Assembly (NCBI GenBank): GCA_002501605.1
Contig: DANW01000001.1
Location: 1-61,957, forward strand
Origin: Euryarchaeota archaeon UBA28
Lineage (GTDB): Archaea > Thermoplasmatota > Poseidoniia > Poseidoniales > Thalassarchaeaceae
Direction: 5' to 3'
Length of the DNA: 61,957 nucleotides
Shown: one piece after another, positions 9,801 through 18,754 of the stretch
Numbering within the stretch: position 1 is the first letter of the stretch
How the letters are laid out: each line of letters starts with the position of its first letter
Translations under genes and position numbers: made by a program
Notes under the pieces: model-generated
Told to the model about the DNA's origin: nothing
Database searches by the model: none
The model's input: only the letters and a program-made list of their open reading frames with translations

Positions 9801-9972
9801 AATGGGGACCGGCAATGGTCTAGAAGGAGCTAGTGGAGCAATCACATTCATGTCGAATGGAGATGTTCCAGCAGCTGGCTTCTGCGTCGGTGAGTTCTCT
9901 CATGATGCAACCACTGACACAGTCTCATACGACTGTGCCAGGAACTGGGACCCAGTCAACGGAATCGTCTGA
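6868..9972 (+). CDS. multidomain ABC amino-acid-binding lipoprotein (permuted class II domain + two class I LivJ/ANF-like domains)
   Basis: Lipobox-like AFAGC; class II motifs IISAMTKTDERE..VDF, GVQSGTT, DPFYPPFE..GFDADIA; two copies of DSGC...GAACSGAS...SYASTSPALSD..YP.FYR.VPSD. Confidence 0.92.
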   Translation: MKNNKMIAMMLTMSMLAAAFAGCLGGDDEVDTPDWSISMASDVSADFVESAWDPIIPNLNAGDMCDAIISAMTKTDEREQAVDFTRAYYTSSQGVIGGSGVASISEVADLNVAGTTIGVQSGTTSDLYAQDNLGAATISAYDDFPSVIAALNNGDVHYAMGDAPVLSLEGTLMVTFSDENFGMAVQGDSSGELLGALNMAIGALVDSGEYDLIYGAHFDGAVTLADDTTMDTATSYPVPTEGSDLTVVLESGSLRLCTDPFYPPFESYDDTGAVVGFDADIAHAVADEIAAHYMGAENPMFIPPVVEEPAVTIKLGFLNDATGPIAQFAAPFTFAWGAAMDDLNAMGDDYVFEIIEADSGCDGTMAGTAAQSLVDAGVVAVAGAACSGASIGANAILSAAGIPMISYASTSPALSDATAYPHFYRIVPSDALQGQAAADMIMASGVSNTAVVHMTNAYGSGLADAVAANLGADNVCLQSGYEETTTDFQAAVQAVMDSGCDSVFLGSYASDGAMIVETMAVMGATIPIFSADGMAGSAALEEYTNPAAANGIEVTRPRAAAAGAGVFAAACSADSVCQTGIFTSEAYDAVMMLGHAAMMEDGENMGMHVPMVGVDYAGDSGTHTFLDNGDVGGSGYDVCTFHHVPTFGEYFNCDRMWEAGGDGVADVPWTGATIKIGFLNDATGPIAVYADGFVAASQITLGLANTLAYSQGVQFEIVYADSGCDGTMAASAAQTLVDAGVWGVVGAACSGASMAANSVLSAAGIPQVSYASTSPALSDATQYPSFYRVVPSDAFQGSVVADVMTADMQDNVAVIHMTNAYGSGLADAFVGSMDAGHICTQIGYEETATDFTSIVSTVVSEGCTSAMLVSYAADGAALIEEMALQGFTGAIYGADGIAEEGLAADMADKSLVDGVIATKPSAGGAMSTVGMVFAAQCAANPACAGGIYTAEAFDAVYITAFAAFTQLATPGITKDMAIMGTGNGLEGASGAITFMSNGDVPAAGFCVGEFSHDATTDTVSYDCARNWDPVNGIV
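7801..9960 (+). repeat. intragenic tandem duplication of a ~1.08 kb class I binding domain
   Basis: acaatcaagctaggattcttgaatgacgc at 7801 vs acaatcaagattggattcttgaacgacgc at 8884 (1083 nt apart); protein repeats align along their length. Confidence 0.88.
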
Positions 9973-9985
9973 TTGGCAACGTAAA

Positions 9986-10016
9986 GCAGTGTGGCGGGCT
10001 CGTCCCGCCACACTGC
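9986..10016 (+). terminator. perfect 13-bp hairpin after the binding-protein gene (terminator or mRNA stabiliser)
   Basis: GCAGTGTGGCGGG-CTCGT-CCCGCCACACTGC; no immediate U-tract. Confidence 0.65.
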
Positions 10017-10057
10017 CCCAACACTTTGATTTCAAATGGTAAAGGTACGTGTAGTAG

Positions 10058-13000
10058 ATGCTGCATGAAGCTCGTGAAAAGCTCTCAAGTCTTCCAAGAG
10101 GGATACAGAGAACAATTATCGCCGTACTTCTGTTCATTGACTCAAATCTTCTAGGTACATCAAACGGATTAGGTGTCTTGAATCTTCTAGATATCCTTGT
10201 TGGAGGGGGCCTTCCAGACGACTTAGTTTGGCTTCTACAGATTGTTGAGTCAATTACTGCCGGCTTCATTCTAGTCAAAGTCCTATTCGATGATGTTCCA
10301 AGTAGCAATGTCAGAACCGTGGGATTGATACTGTCCCCTGTCTTCATGGTCATTGTTACATTTGTTACATTGGACATTCTACTTCGGGGGCTAGATACCG
10401 GAGCTTCATTCACTCTTGATCTGGTTTCAATAATCACTGGAACACTAACATGGTCATCCACATACCTGGCCATAGCCATCGGGCTAACGCTGACCTACAA
10501 GGTACAGAGATATGGAAACTTCGCCCAATCTGAATTGTTCATGATTGGAATGTACCTCTCAATGATAATGATCTGGACCGACTATTTCTTCCCTATGTCG
10601 AGTCTAAGCACTACGAAGGACGGAGTTCTTACTTGGTCCGTACTAATATTCACGCTAGTATTGGCTTTCATACTTACTGGTCTAGCTGGTATAATAATCG
10701 ATAGGCTGGTATACAGAGGGTTCCGAAAGAGCAAAGCTACCCCACAAGTAATGATGATTGCATCACTGGGCGTTGCGTTAATTCTACGTGCTCTAACCTA
10801 CCTAAGATTCGGATCATCAAGAAATATGTTCGAGCCTGAGGGAGATTGGAGAATGCCTAGCTTGAGATGGGAGATCCCAACAACCAAACTCAGACTCAAT
10901 CTGGGTGAAAGGACTTTGGAAGACGGAAGGACATACACTTCATGGACATGCGAGGAAACAGGCATAGACGAATCCGGAGAGCCCATCCTGTCTAGAATTG
11001 TAAATGAGGCATCCAAACCAGCTTACGAGCTGTACGATACTACAGCAGACTGCGTTACCCAAGCTACCACCAATTACGCATACTACAAGGGAGCAGTTCC
11101 CTTTGTCATATTCTCTGCCGTCCTTGTTCTCATGCTACTTCTAAACAAGACAAGACTCGGTAGAAGAATGAGAGCTGTTGCAGACAACCCAGAACTCGCG
11201 GCTAGTAGTGGCATCAATGTGGAGAGGGTCCATCTGTCCAGTGCATTCCTTTCGGCTGGAATTTCAGGAATGGGTGGCGCCATTTTCGCCATGACTCTCA
11301 GGTTCAGTCCTGAAACCGCATTTACACTACTACTCCCCTCCTTCGCTATAATTGTGCTTGGTACAATCGGCTCAATACCGGGTGCCATAATTGGCTCAAT
11401 CGTAGTTGGATTCGTAAGGGCATTGTCCTCACCAGTACTAATAGGAGTTGGGTTACCACTGGGTAGGTCAAACTACTCCGCTTTGGACGGGGTAATGCCC
11501 TACATCTTCCTCGTCGCCATTCTAATGATCATGCCGGAAGGAATAGGAGACGCCTATGAGAAGTGGAAAATTGATAGGCTCAGAAAAAAGAAGGAAGCAT
11601 CCGCCAGAGATGACAAAATTGCGACTGGACTGGCTATCCTGCCCACTGGTATTTTCGGCCTCCATCACTGGTGGAGGGGCAGGTCACACAAAGCACAAAC
11701 CTTCACTGCAATAGCAGTATCTTCCTATGTTTACCATAGATTTAGCAACTTCGTGGGAAGGAACTCCTTCGCAGACGGGGCATGTGCAGACGCGTGTCTG
11801 GACAATGAGTTTGCTGAATCCAACCTATATCTGTTGACAGGAAGAAATGACGGGGAGATCCTTCTATCCGACTCACCACTAACCGAAGAGCATCTCTTGG
11901 AACAGAATACGGCCCCCAGCGACCTAACTCCTTTCGAAGCCGAACAGTGGATTCCGGGAGCTATGTCAGATATGCAAGAATCATGGCTTAGTCAGATGAA
12001 AATGGAAGTTGACATTGTAAACTTCATAGTTGACACTGGAGATTTGATTTGGCCATTGGCAATAATCTGTCTCTGGGCGTATTCGATTTATGAGGGAATT
12101 AGGATAGTCTCCGGAAACGAGGAAAAGAACTCACAATCAAGCCTTTCTACGGCCCTCAAGATGGGTGTCAGAGCAGTCTATTCTCCATTCGAATCCATCA
12201 GTCAGAGATGGTCTAAACTTGATAGAAATCACGATATAATGGTTCGATCCCAGAAAAATAAGTTACAGAATTTACTCTCAAGATATGGAAGTAAGCTCGA
12301 CATATCGAATCGAATAAGCGAACTCTCGGGCTCGCTGATGGACAAACTGAAAGTACCTAAAAACAGCAAGGAAGATTTGCAACTGTATGGAAGACAAAGC
12401 CATCTGGGGTCAAACATGCTATTCTATGGCCTCCTACTGGTCCTAGTTTTATTCCTAGCGTGGCTTCCGATTGCGGAGTCAGACACATTTGCATTCAAGA
12501 AAACACTCCAGGTCTCAAACGTCCTCCTTACCCTTTCAATATTCATTCTGATGTCCTTCTCACTGAACCTGCATACCGGATATACTGGGATGGTAAATTT
12601 TGGAGTTATCTTCTTTGTCTCCGTAGGTGCAATAACTGTATCCATTCTAACGGCTCCGGAGAGAGTGCATGGATATGATTGGGGCATTCTGGAAGCCACT
12701 CTTGTTGGGATGGCACTAGCCGCTGTTTTTGGCTGGCTACTCGCCTATCCAACTGCCCGTCTCAGAACTGACTACTTCGCCATAGTTACAATTTCGTTGG
12801 GTGAGATTGTCAGGGTCCTATTGGCGGGGGAGCCACTTTTGAGGGCCGGACCAGTTGCTTCGGCAATAGGGATCTCTGGATATCCACTACCCATGGAGGA
12901 TTGGTGGTTCTGTGGCTCCGAGAAATCTGGACCAGATACTCAGTGGGCCGGTCCAGATGCATGTAGGGACGATGTGTTACTAGACAGTACCCCTGCTTAT

Positions 13001-13798
13001 CAGGTCGGAGAGCTACTGAACCTTGGTGAACCAGCTCCATATATGCTGATGCTGATGATTATCTCTTTGCTTTCTGTGGCTGTTGTGTGGCTCATTCTCT
13101 CCAGACTTCTGGCCTCTCCATGGGGAAGGATCCTAAAGGCGATAAGGGAAGATGAGGATGTGGCTCAACACCATGGTCATGACATTCTAACCCACAAGGC
13201 GGCCAGTCTAGCTCTGGGGGCGGCAATTGCCGCATTAGCAGGCGCACTATGGGCATGGAAGCTGACAGGATTCGATGCCAGCTTCATGTCTCCCGCAAGA
13301 TCAACATTCCTTGTTTGGGCTGCATTCATCATTGGTGGGACATCGAACAACAGGGGCATGGTGATCGGTGCATTCATTATCGTTCTAATGGAATTTGTAT
13401 TCAACGTGCTCGTTGCGGCTCAGGGATCATCAGATCTGCCTCTGCACACTACAGCAGACCGAATAGACAATCTATTCGAATGGATATTGACAAATCAGTG
13501 GGACGTATTCACAATATTCCTGACATTGGCATTAGTTGGCATGCTCACCAGATCATCCAGGCTTTTCGATATCGGAGCATCGGGGGCTTCAATCTTCTTC
13601 TTGGCATCAATACTACTGGACCAACGCTCTATCGATGAGTCATTCTTTGGTGGGGTGATTAGTGCAGATATGGTTTACATCAAACTGATGCTGATTGGTT
13701 GTTTGATGCTGTTCTCACTCAAGTTCAACTCCAAGGGACTCCTCCCCGAAGTACCATCGAGGCCGACTCGACCACTAGGAGGTAGCTCCAATGAGTAA
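10058..13798 (+). CDS. fused branched-chain amino acid ABC permease (LivH + TM2-like insert + LivM)
   Basis: LivH motifs GNFAQSE, TRLGRRMRAVADNPELAASSGIN; LivM motifs SLNLHTGYTGMVNFG, RLRTDYFAIVT, SPWGRILKAIREDE. Confidence 0.92.
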   Translation: MLHEAREKLSSLPRGIQRTIIAVLLFIDSNLLGTSNGLGVLNLLDILVGGGLPDDLVWLLQIVESITAGFILVKVLFDDVPSSNVRTVGLILSPVFMVIVTFVTLDILLRGLDTGASFTLDLVSIITGTLTWSSTYLAIAIGLTLTYKVQRYGNFAQSELFMIGMYLSMIMIWTDYFFPMSSLSTTKDGVLTWSVLIFTLVLAFILTGLAGIIIDRLVYRGFRKSKATPQVMMIASLGVALILRALTYLRFGSSRNMFEPEGDWRMPSLRWEIPTTKLRLNLGERTLEDGRTYTSWTCEETGIDESGEPILSRIVNEASKPAYELYDTTADCVTQATTNYAYYKGAVPFVIFSAVLVLMLLLNKTRLGRRMRAVADNPELAASSGINVERVHLSSAFLSAGISGMGGAIFAMTLRFSPETAFTLLLPSFAIIVLGTIGSIPGAIIGSIVVGFVRALSSPVLIGVGLPLGRSNYSALDGVMPYIFLVAILMIMPEGIGDAYEKWKIDRLRKKKEASARDDKIATGLAILPTGIFGLHHWWRGRSHKAQTFTAIAVSSYVYHRFSNFVGRNSFADGACADACLDNEFAESNLYLLTGRNDGEILLSDSPLTEEHLLEQNTAPSDLTPFEAEQWIPGAMSDMQESWLSQMKMEVDIVNFIVDTGDLIWPLAIICLWAYSIYEGIRIVSGNEEKNSQSSLSTALKMGVRAVYSPFESISQRWSKLDRNHDIMVRSQKNKLQNLLSRYGSKLDISNRISELSGSLMDKLKVPKNSKEDLQLYGRQSHLGSNMLFYGLLLVLVLFLAWLPIAESDTFAFKKTLQVSNVLLTLSIFILMSFSLNLHTGYTGMVNFGVIFFVSVGAITVSILTAPERVHGYDWGILEATLVGMALAAVFGWLLAYPTARLRTDYFAIVTISLGEIVRVLLAGEPLLRAGPVASAIGISGYPLPMEDWWFCGSEKSGPDTQWAGPDACRDDVLLDSTPAYQVGELLNLGEPAPYMLMLMIISLLSVAVVWLILSRLLASPWGRILKAIREDEDVAQHHGHDILTHKAASLALGAAIAALAGALWAWKLTGFDASFMSPARSTFLVWAAFIIGGTSNNRGMVIGAFIIVLMEFVFNVLVAAQGSSDLPLHTTADRIDNLFEWILTNQWDVFTIFLTLALVGMLTRSSRLFDIGASGASIFFLASILLDQRSIDESFFGGVISADMVYIKLMLIGCLMLFSLKFNSKGLLPEVPSRPTRPLGGSSNE

Positions 13799-14585
13799 AC
13801 CAGTCCTGAAGGTGATTAGCCTCCGAAAGGAGTTCGGTGGGCTTGTAGCCGTTAAAGACGTCTCATTCGAGGTTGGGGAAGGAGAGTTTGTGGGCCTAAT
13901 TGGCCCGAATGGTTGCGGGAAATCCACTACTTTCAATTGTATTAGCGGATTACTGCAGCAGACTTCAGGAGAAATAGAGATGTTCGGGGAGGACATCTCA
14001 AACCTCAGACCAGATCAAATACAGAATAAAGGCATGACTAGGACTTTCCAGCACACAAACCTGTGGAGGGAGATGACCGTCATAGAGAATCTTATGGTCC
14101 CACCAAGGAATCAATTCGGATCATCTCCTATCGAATTCATAAGATCCCTCTTCACTACAAAAAATGAGTCTGAAAAAGAAAGATTACTCATGGCCTTTGA
14201 TGCATTGGACCAGCTTGAGGTTCCACACATGGCCCACAATCTTGCTAGCGAGCTTTCAGGCGGTCAGTCAAAGCTGGTCGATATAGGAAGATCGATGATG
14301 GGAAGTCCAAGGCTTCTCCTTCTTGATGAGCCCGTTGCTGGCGTAGCTGGTCCCTTGGCCATGAAGATATTCAATAATCTGAGAAGGATAGTTGATGAAA
14401 CAGGAATTTCGATCCTAATCATTGAACATAACATGGACTTCATTCTACGACAAGGAGTCGACAGAATAGTCGTCATGAATGAGGGCGAGGTTCTGATGCA
14501 AGGAACTCCTGATGAGGTTAGGGCGAACAAGGATGTTATCGAGGCGTATCTAGGCGCCGCGGTAACTCCATCGGAGAGTGAGTAA
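13791..14585 (+). CDS. livG: ABC ATPase, LivG-type
   Basis: FGGLVAV, GPNGCGKST, RTFQ, LSGGQ, LLLDEP, IEHNM, VIEAYLG. Confidence 0.93.
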   Translation: MSKPVLKVISLRKEFGGLVAVKDVSFEVGEGEFVGLIGPNGCGKSTTFNCISGLLQQTSGEIEMFGEDISNLRPDQIQNKGMTRTFQHTNLWREMTVIENLMVPPRNQFGSSPIEFIRSLFTTKNESEKERLLMAFDALDQLEVPHMAHNLASELSGGQSKLVDIGRSMMGSPRLLLLDEPVAGVAGPLAMKIFNNLRRIVDETGISILIIEHNMDFILRQGVDRIVVMNEGEVLMQGTPDEVRANKDVIEAYLGAAVTPSESE

Positions 14586-14587
14586 AT

Positions 14588-15307
14588 ATGAGTAGAGTGT
14601 TGGATATCAAAGGCCTAGAGGGGGGCTATGGCTCGGTACAGATTCTGTACGGAATCGATATGCACGTAGACGAGGGAGAATTCGTTACAATAATAGGACC
14701 AAATGGATGTGGAAAATCAACCCTCATTAAGACAATTTTCGGAATCGCCACATACTATTCAGGAGAGGTATCCTACAGAGGGAAAGATGTTTCCGGGTGG
14801 AGGACAGATCAGCTCGTCAATCAGGGCATAGCATATGTTCCACAGGTAGACAATGTATTCCCTTCTCTGTCGGTATTGGAGAATCTCCAGATGGGAGGAA
14901 ACAGCCTCCCAAGCATCACTCTAGCTGAGAGGATAGAGAGGGCATTGGGCATGTTCCCCGATCTCAAAGACAGGGTCCACGACCTAGCCGCCTCGCTTTC
15001 GGGAGGAGAAAGACAGATGCTGGCAATTTCTCGGGCATTGATATCAGATCCCAAATTCTTACTTTTGGATGAGCCCACTGCGGCCTTATCTCCGTTATAC
15101 CAACAGCAGATTATCGAAAGGATAGATTCTCTCAGGGATCAGGGGATTACAGTTCTAATAGTCGAGCAGAATGCCCGACTATCTCTAGCCAGATCGGACA
15201 GGGGGTACATTGTTTCCAATGGAAAGATTGTACACACCGGAGATGCTGACAAAATACTAACGGACCCCGAGATCGGTGAATACTTCCTAGGGTCAACTGG
15301 ACATTAG
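14588..15307 (+). CDS. livF: ABC ATPase, LivF-type
   Basis: GPNGCGKST, YVPQ..NVF, LSGGERQMLA, LLDEP, VEQN. Confidence 0.93.
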   Translation: MSRVLDIKGLEGGYGSVQILYGIDMHVDEGEFVTIIGPNGCGKSTLIKTIFGIATYYSGEVSYRGKDVSGWRTDQLVNQGIAYVPQVDNVFPSLSVLENLQMGGNSLPSITLAERIERALGMFPDLKDRVHDLAASLSGGERQMLAISRALISDPKFLLLDEPTAALSPLYQQQIIERIDSLRDQGITVLIVEQNARLSLARSDRGYIVSNGKIVHTGDADKILTDPEIGEYFLGSTGH

Positions 15308-15892
15308 AGAGGATACAATATCGGAAAGATGCGAAAGAGACTCCTTCATTCTATGGCCATCATCGATTACGACTAGGTCAACTAACTCAGAACCTTCCGA
15401 AACCCTTCTAGATACTTCCAGTGGCACAATTTCATCCTTTGAACCATGAATTATCGTAGTCTGATGTCTAATTGTGGGCCATGACATCTCCCTAGCATCC
15501 TCCATGAAGTTCCATCCCAAATCGATTTCTAATTCAAATCCACTATATTTCCTTACTCCTGTTTTCTCCCAACTATCCAATTCCTCGTCTGTTAGATTCT
15601 CCCAACTTTCAGATAGTCCAAATGCAGGAGCGATCAATAATAATTTGAAGTCTGATTTCTCCCTCATGCTTGAAGCATTTGCTGCCGCCAATCCTCCCAT
15701 GGATGACCCAATTACAAGATCCCACCGGCATTCATCAATGAGTCTCAAAAGGACCTCTGTCTGATTCTTTATTGTCCAACCCAGATCTGACATCACCGGA
15801 GAGGTTACATCCCAACCAAGAACATCCCTCATGTACGTCGGCTTGGAACCTTCAGGGCCACCCTCAAAACCATGCGCGAATAGAACCCTCAT
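15293..15892 (-). CDS. alpha/beta hydrolase (YqiA/UPF0227-like esterase)
   Basis: HGFEG, GSSMGG nucleophile elbow, LIAPA, HGSKDEIVP, DDGH. Confidence 0.88.
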   Translation of the reverse strand: MRVLFAHGFEGGPEGSKPTYMRDVLGWDVTSPVMSDLGWTIKNQTEVLLRLIDECRWDLVIGSSMGGLAAANASSMREKSDFKLLLIAPAFGLSESWENLTDEELDSWEKTGVRKYSGFELEIDLGWNFMEDAREMSWPTIRHQTTIIHGSKDEIVPLEVSRRVSEGSELVDLVVIDDGHRMKESLSHLSDIVSSLMSS

Positions 15893-15908
15893 GCAATTAC
15901 CCTCCGAC

Positions 15909-16337
15909 CTATTCAAATTTCAATCCTAACAGCTCAAGATCGGCAAGAGGGCACCTCGTCATAGTAGCACGGTCCATCACTCTGATATGTATCTCAGCTA
16001 CGACATGAACTGTTGATTCGAACATATGGCCAGCGTGAACACTGTTGTCATCATCAGACCAACAGCAGTGTATGTGGGTGAATGCTTCACCACTCTCGGT
16101 TCGTGCAATATTTCCCGATAGGCTCACCAATTCAGAGGGGGATTCCAGGGGCCTTCTTTTGTAGACTCCCTCGGAATTCATGTAGCCATACTGATTCTCA
16201 CGAGTCCTCCCAATACCACTGGTAATGGCCGCTGCATCGAAACCCAGATCATCTGCTAGTTTCTTCAATGACGTATGAATCTCCTCTCCGGGATCTAATC
16301 TGACCAATATGTCATTACCGGAACGTGTGTGTTCCAT
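15909..16337 (-). CDS. PPC/DUF296 domain protein
   Basis: RLDPGEEI, GIG, ELVSLSGNI, HIH, AGH. Confidence 0.9.
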   Translation of the reverse strand: MEHTRSGNDILVRLDPGEEIHTSLKKLADDLGFDAAAITSGIGRTRENQYGYMNSEGVYKRRPLESPSELVSLSGNIARTESGEAFTHIHCCWSDDDNSVHAGHMFESTVHVVAEIHIRVMDRATMTRCPLADLELLGLKFE

Positions 16338-16408
16338 GACTCTCGTACCCTAATCATTGATTTCAATCTCTCTGAGGAATTTTATGCACTGGCGAAAAAT
16401 AGTAACTA

Positions 16409-16480
16409 CTCCAGTGGAAGGACGATGATCAATGTGAGACTTCCGTACACAAGAAAACGCTCCACTGGAAAGACAGGGGT
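16409..16480 (+). promoter_or_regulatory. two ORB-like direct repeats upstream of mcm
   Basis: CTCCAGTGGAAGGAC (16409) and CTCCACTGGAAAGACAGGGGT (16460) resemble the TCCAnTGGAAA..GGGGT origin recognition box. Confidence 0.5.
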
Positions 16481-16527
16481 CCTAACCCCCATCCAGTTGG
16501 GTTATAGACCGTGACTTTTCGTCTAGA

Positions 16528-18723
16528 ATGCCCGGCGGTTACAATATGGCAATGGCAACTCATGATTCTGGAGCTAGATGGAAGACTTTCCTCTCTGAAG
16601 CTAAGGAGCAAGAGATCACACTATTACTTTCCAGACAAACCGCTAGCCCAGTCATTGACGTATCATTTCATGAGCTTACAGGGTTCGATCCAGAGTTTGC
16701 TGAAGAAATACTAATTAGCCCAAGACTCATTATCTCCAGTGGCCATAAAATCCTTAGTGAAATATGCAGAGATAGGGGTGTTGACCTAGACGCTATGATC
16801 AGACTCTCAGACCTACCAAAGGACACCATGCGGCCTTTGAGAGAAATCGGATCCAGGGACATCGACAAGCTGAGAAGCTTGGATGTAATTGTAACTAAGA
16901 TGTCCCAGCTCAAGCCAAGGATCCATCTTGCAGTTTTCCAATGCGAGAATTGTGGGGAGACTCAGCAAATCGACCAGACTAACGAAAGCGAACTGGTTGA
17001 GCCGATAAGGTGCCCTCCGGATACAGGATGTGGCGCCTCAATCAGAGGAAACGACTCAACACGATTCAATCTTGTAATGAACATATCTAGGATGATCAAC
17101 AACCAGTGGTTGGAAATCCAGGAGCTTCCGGAGAATGTCCCTAGTGGGGCCCAGCCATCGAGGGCACAAGTACTCCTGGAGGGAGATTTAGTGAACAAGC
17201 ATCTCCCGGGACAAAGGATCACAGCTAATGTGATTCCAGTTGTTAGATCAGAGATAAAGAAGAACAAGAAAACCCCTATGTTCGACATAATCTATCACAT
17301 GGTGAGCTCTACCCACGAGAGTGTACCCTTCACTGAAATCAAAATTAGCGACGAGGAGAGGGCGCAGATTGAGGATGTTGCTGCTACGGATAACCTATTG
17401 CAATTAATGGGAAACTCGATAGCTCCCTCTATATTTGCCAATGATAAACTCAGGCTAATAAAAAGATCACTCGTACTCCAGTTATTTGGTGGGGTCAGAA
17501 GGAAGACATCCGATAACAACTACCTCAGGGGGGATATACACATATTGCTGATGGGTGATCCGGGAGTTGCAAAATCCCAGTTATTGAACTACATGTCAAA
17601 CATTTCGCCAAGAGGTAAATTCGCAACTGGCGGTGGTACGACGGGCGCAGGGTTGACGGCGGCAGCAATCAGAGATACATTTGGAGATGGTAGATTTGCT
17701 CTGGAGGCAGGAGTACTTCCTCTGTCAGACAGAGGCCTTGCGGCAATTGACGAGTTCGATAAGATATCCAATGAAGACAAAGGAAGCATGCACCCTGCCA
17801 TGGAGCAACAGAGGATTTATGTCGCAAAGGGAGGGATAACAGCGACTCTTCCGGCGAGGTGCGCAATACTCGCAGCAGCAAATCCGAAAGGTGGAAGATT
17901 CTCAAATAGAAATGAAAACTCGAGTATCATGACGTCATTCGAGGAGACCGGGCTACCTTATCCCCTAGCCTCCAGATTTGATTTATTATGGCTAATTAGG
18001 GATGAAACTGAGACCAATACTGATACCAAGATAGCCCGCCATATCCTGAATATCAGGACCTCATCCGTCAACGAAAACAGGTCACAGGATATTGATTTTG
18101 AAACAGAGCGAGAAGAAGGTGATAATATATTCTCCACTGGTGTGGATGGGAAGAAGCATCTGACAATGGAGTTCCTAAGAAAATACGTTGCTTTCGCCAA
18201 GAGGAATTATTTTCCCAATTTAAACGAGAAGGCGAAGCTCGCAATAGAGGAGTACTACGTAAGTGTTAGAAATGATACTGCCAAACAAGATCGTTCAGCT
18301 GGAGCATTCGAGAATGAAAGTGAAAAGGACAGGGTTATTCCTATAACAGCAAGAGCTATTGAGGCTCTAATCAGACTTACCGAGGCACATGCAAGGATGC
18401 ACCTAAAGCAGGTAGCTGATGAGACGGATGCCAATGTGGCATTGGCTGTTTACAAACATTGGAGGGACGACTCTCGGATTGAAGACGAGGCAGAGCTCCA
18501 ATCCGGTCTTTCAGCATCCAAGAGAAATATCAACCAAAGCATTCGAAAGATAATCAGGGAGATTTGTGAGGAGAGAGGAGGGGAAGCAGAAATCACCCTG
18601 ATATACAATCGCGCTAGGGATTTCGGAATAGTCGAATCACAGGTTGATGATGTTATATCTTCTATGAGTATCAATGGTGAAATTTACACTCCACGAGGTG
18701 GAACATACCGATTTGCCCGTTGA
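16528..18723 (+). CDS. mcm: replicative helicase MCM
   Basis: Zn motif CENC..C..C, QELPENVPSGAQP, GDPGVAKSQ, IDEFDK, ASRFD, ITARAIEALIRL; no intein seen. Confidence 0.97.
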   Translation: MPGGYNMAMATHDSGARWKTFLSEAKEQEITLLLSRQTASPVIDVSFHELTGFDPEFAEEILISPRLIISSGHKILSEICRDRGVDLDAMIRLSDLPKDTMRPLREIGSRDIDKLRSLDVIVTKMSQLKPRIHLAVFQCENCGETQQIDQTNESELVEPIRCPPDTGCGASIRGNDSTRFNLVMNISRMINNQWLEIQELPENVPSGAQPSRAQVLLEGDLVNKHLPGQRITANVIPVVRSEIKKNKKTPMFDIIYHMVSSTHESVPFTEIKISDEERAQIEDVAATDNLLQLMGNSIAPSIFANDKLRLIKRSLVLQLFGGVRRKTSDNNYLRGDIHILLMGDPGVAKSQLLNYMSNISPRGKFATGGGTTGAGLTAAAIRDTFGDGRFALEAGVLPLSDRGLAAIDEFDKISNEDKGSMHPAMEQQRIYVAKGGITATLPARCAILAAANPKGGRFSNRNENSSIMTSFEETGLPYPLASRFDLLWLIRDETETNTDTKIARHILNIRTSSVNENRSQDIDFETEREEGDNIFSTGVDGKKHLTMEFLRKYVAFAKRNYFPNLNEKAKLAIEEYYVSVRNDTAKQDRSAGAFENESEKDRVIPITARAIEALIRLTEAHARMHLKQVADETDANVALAVYKHWRDDSRIEDEAELQSGLSASKRNINQSIRKIIREICEERGGEAEITLIYNRARDFGIVESQVDDVISSMSINGEIYTPRGGTYRFAR

Positions 18724-18754
18724 CCCTATGAGAGAGAGCCTGTTCGTTATCTAC

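Noticed and set aside
16528-18723. Inteins in MCM (and PolB)
   Set aside because: Lengths are ordinary, motifs contiguous, no intein termini or LAGLIDADG motifs seen
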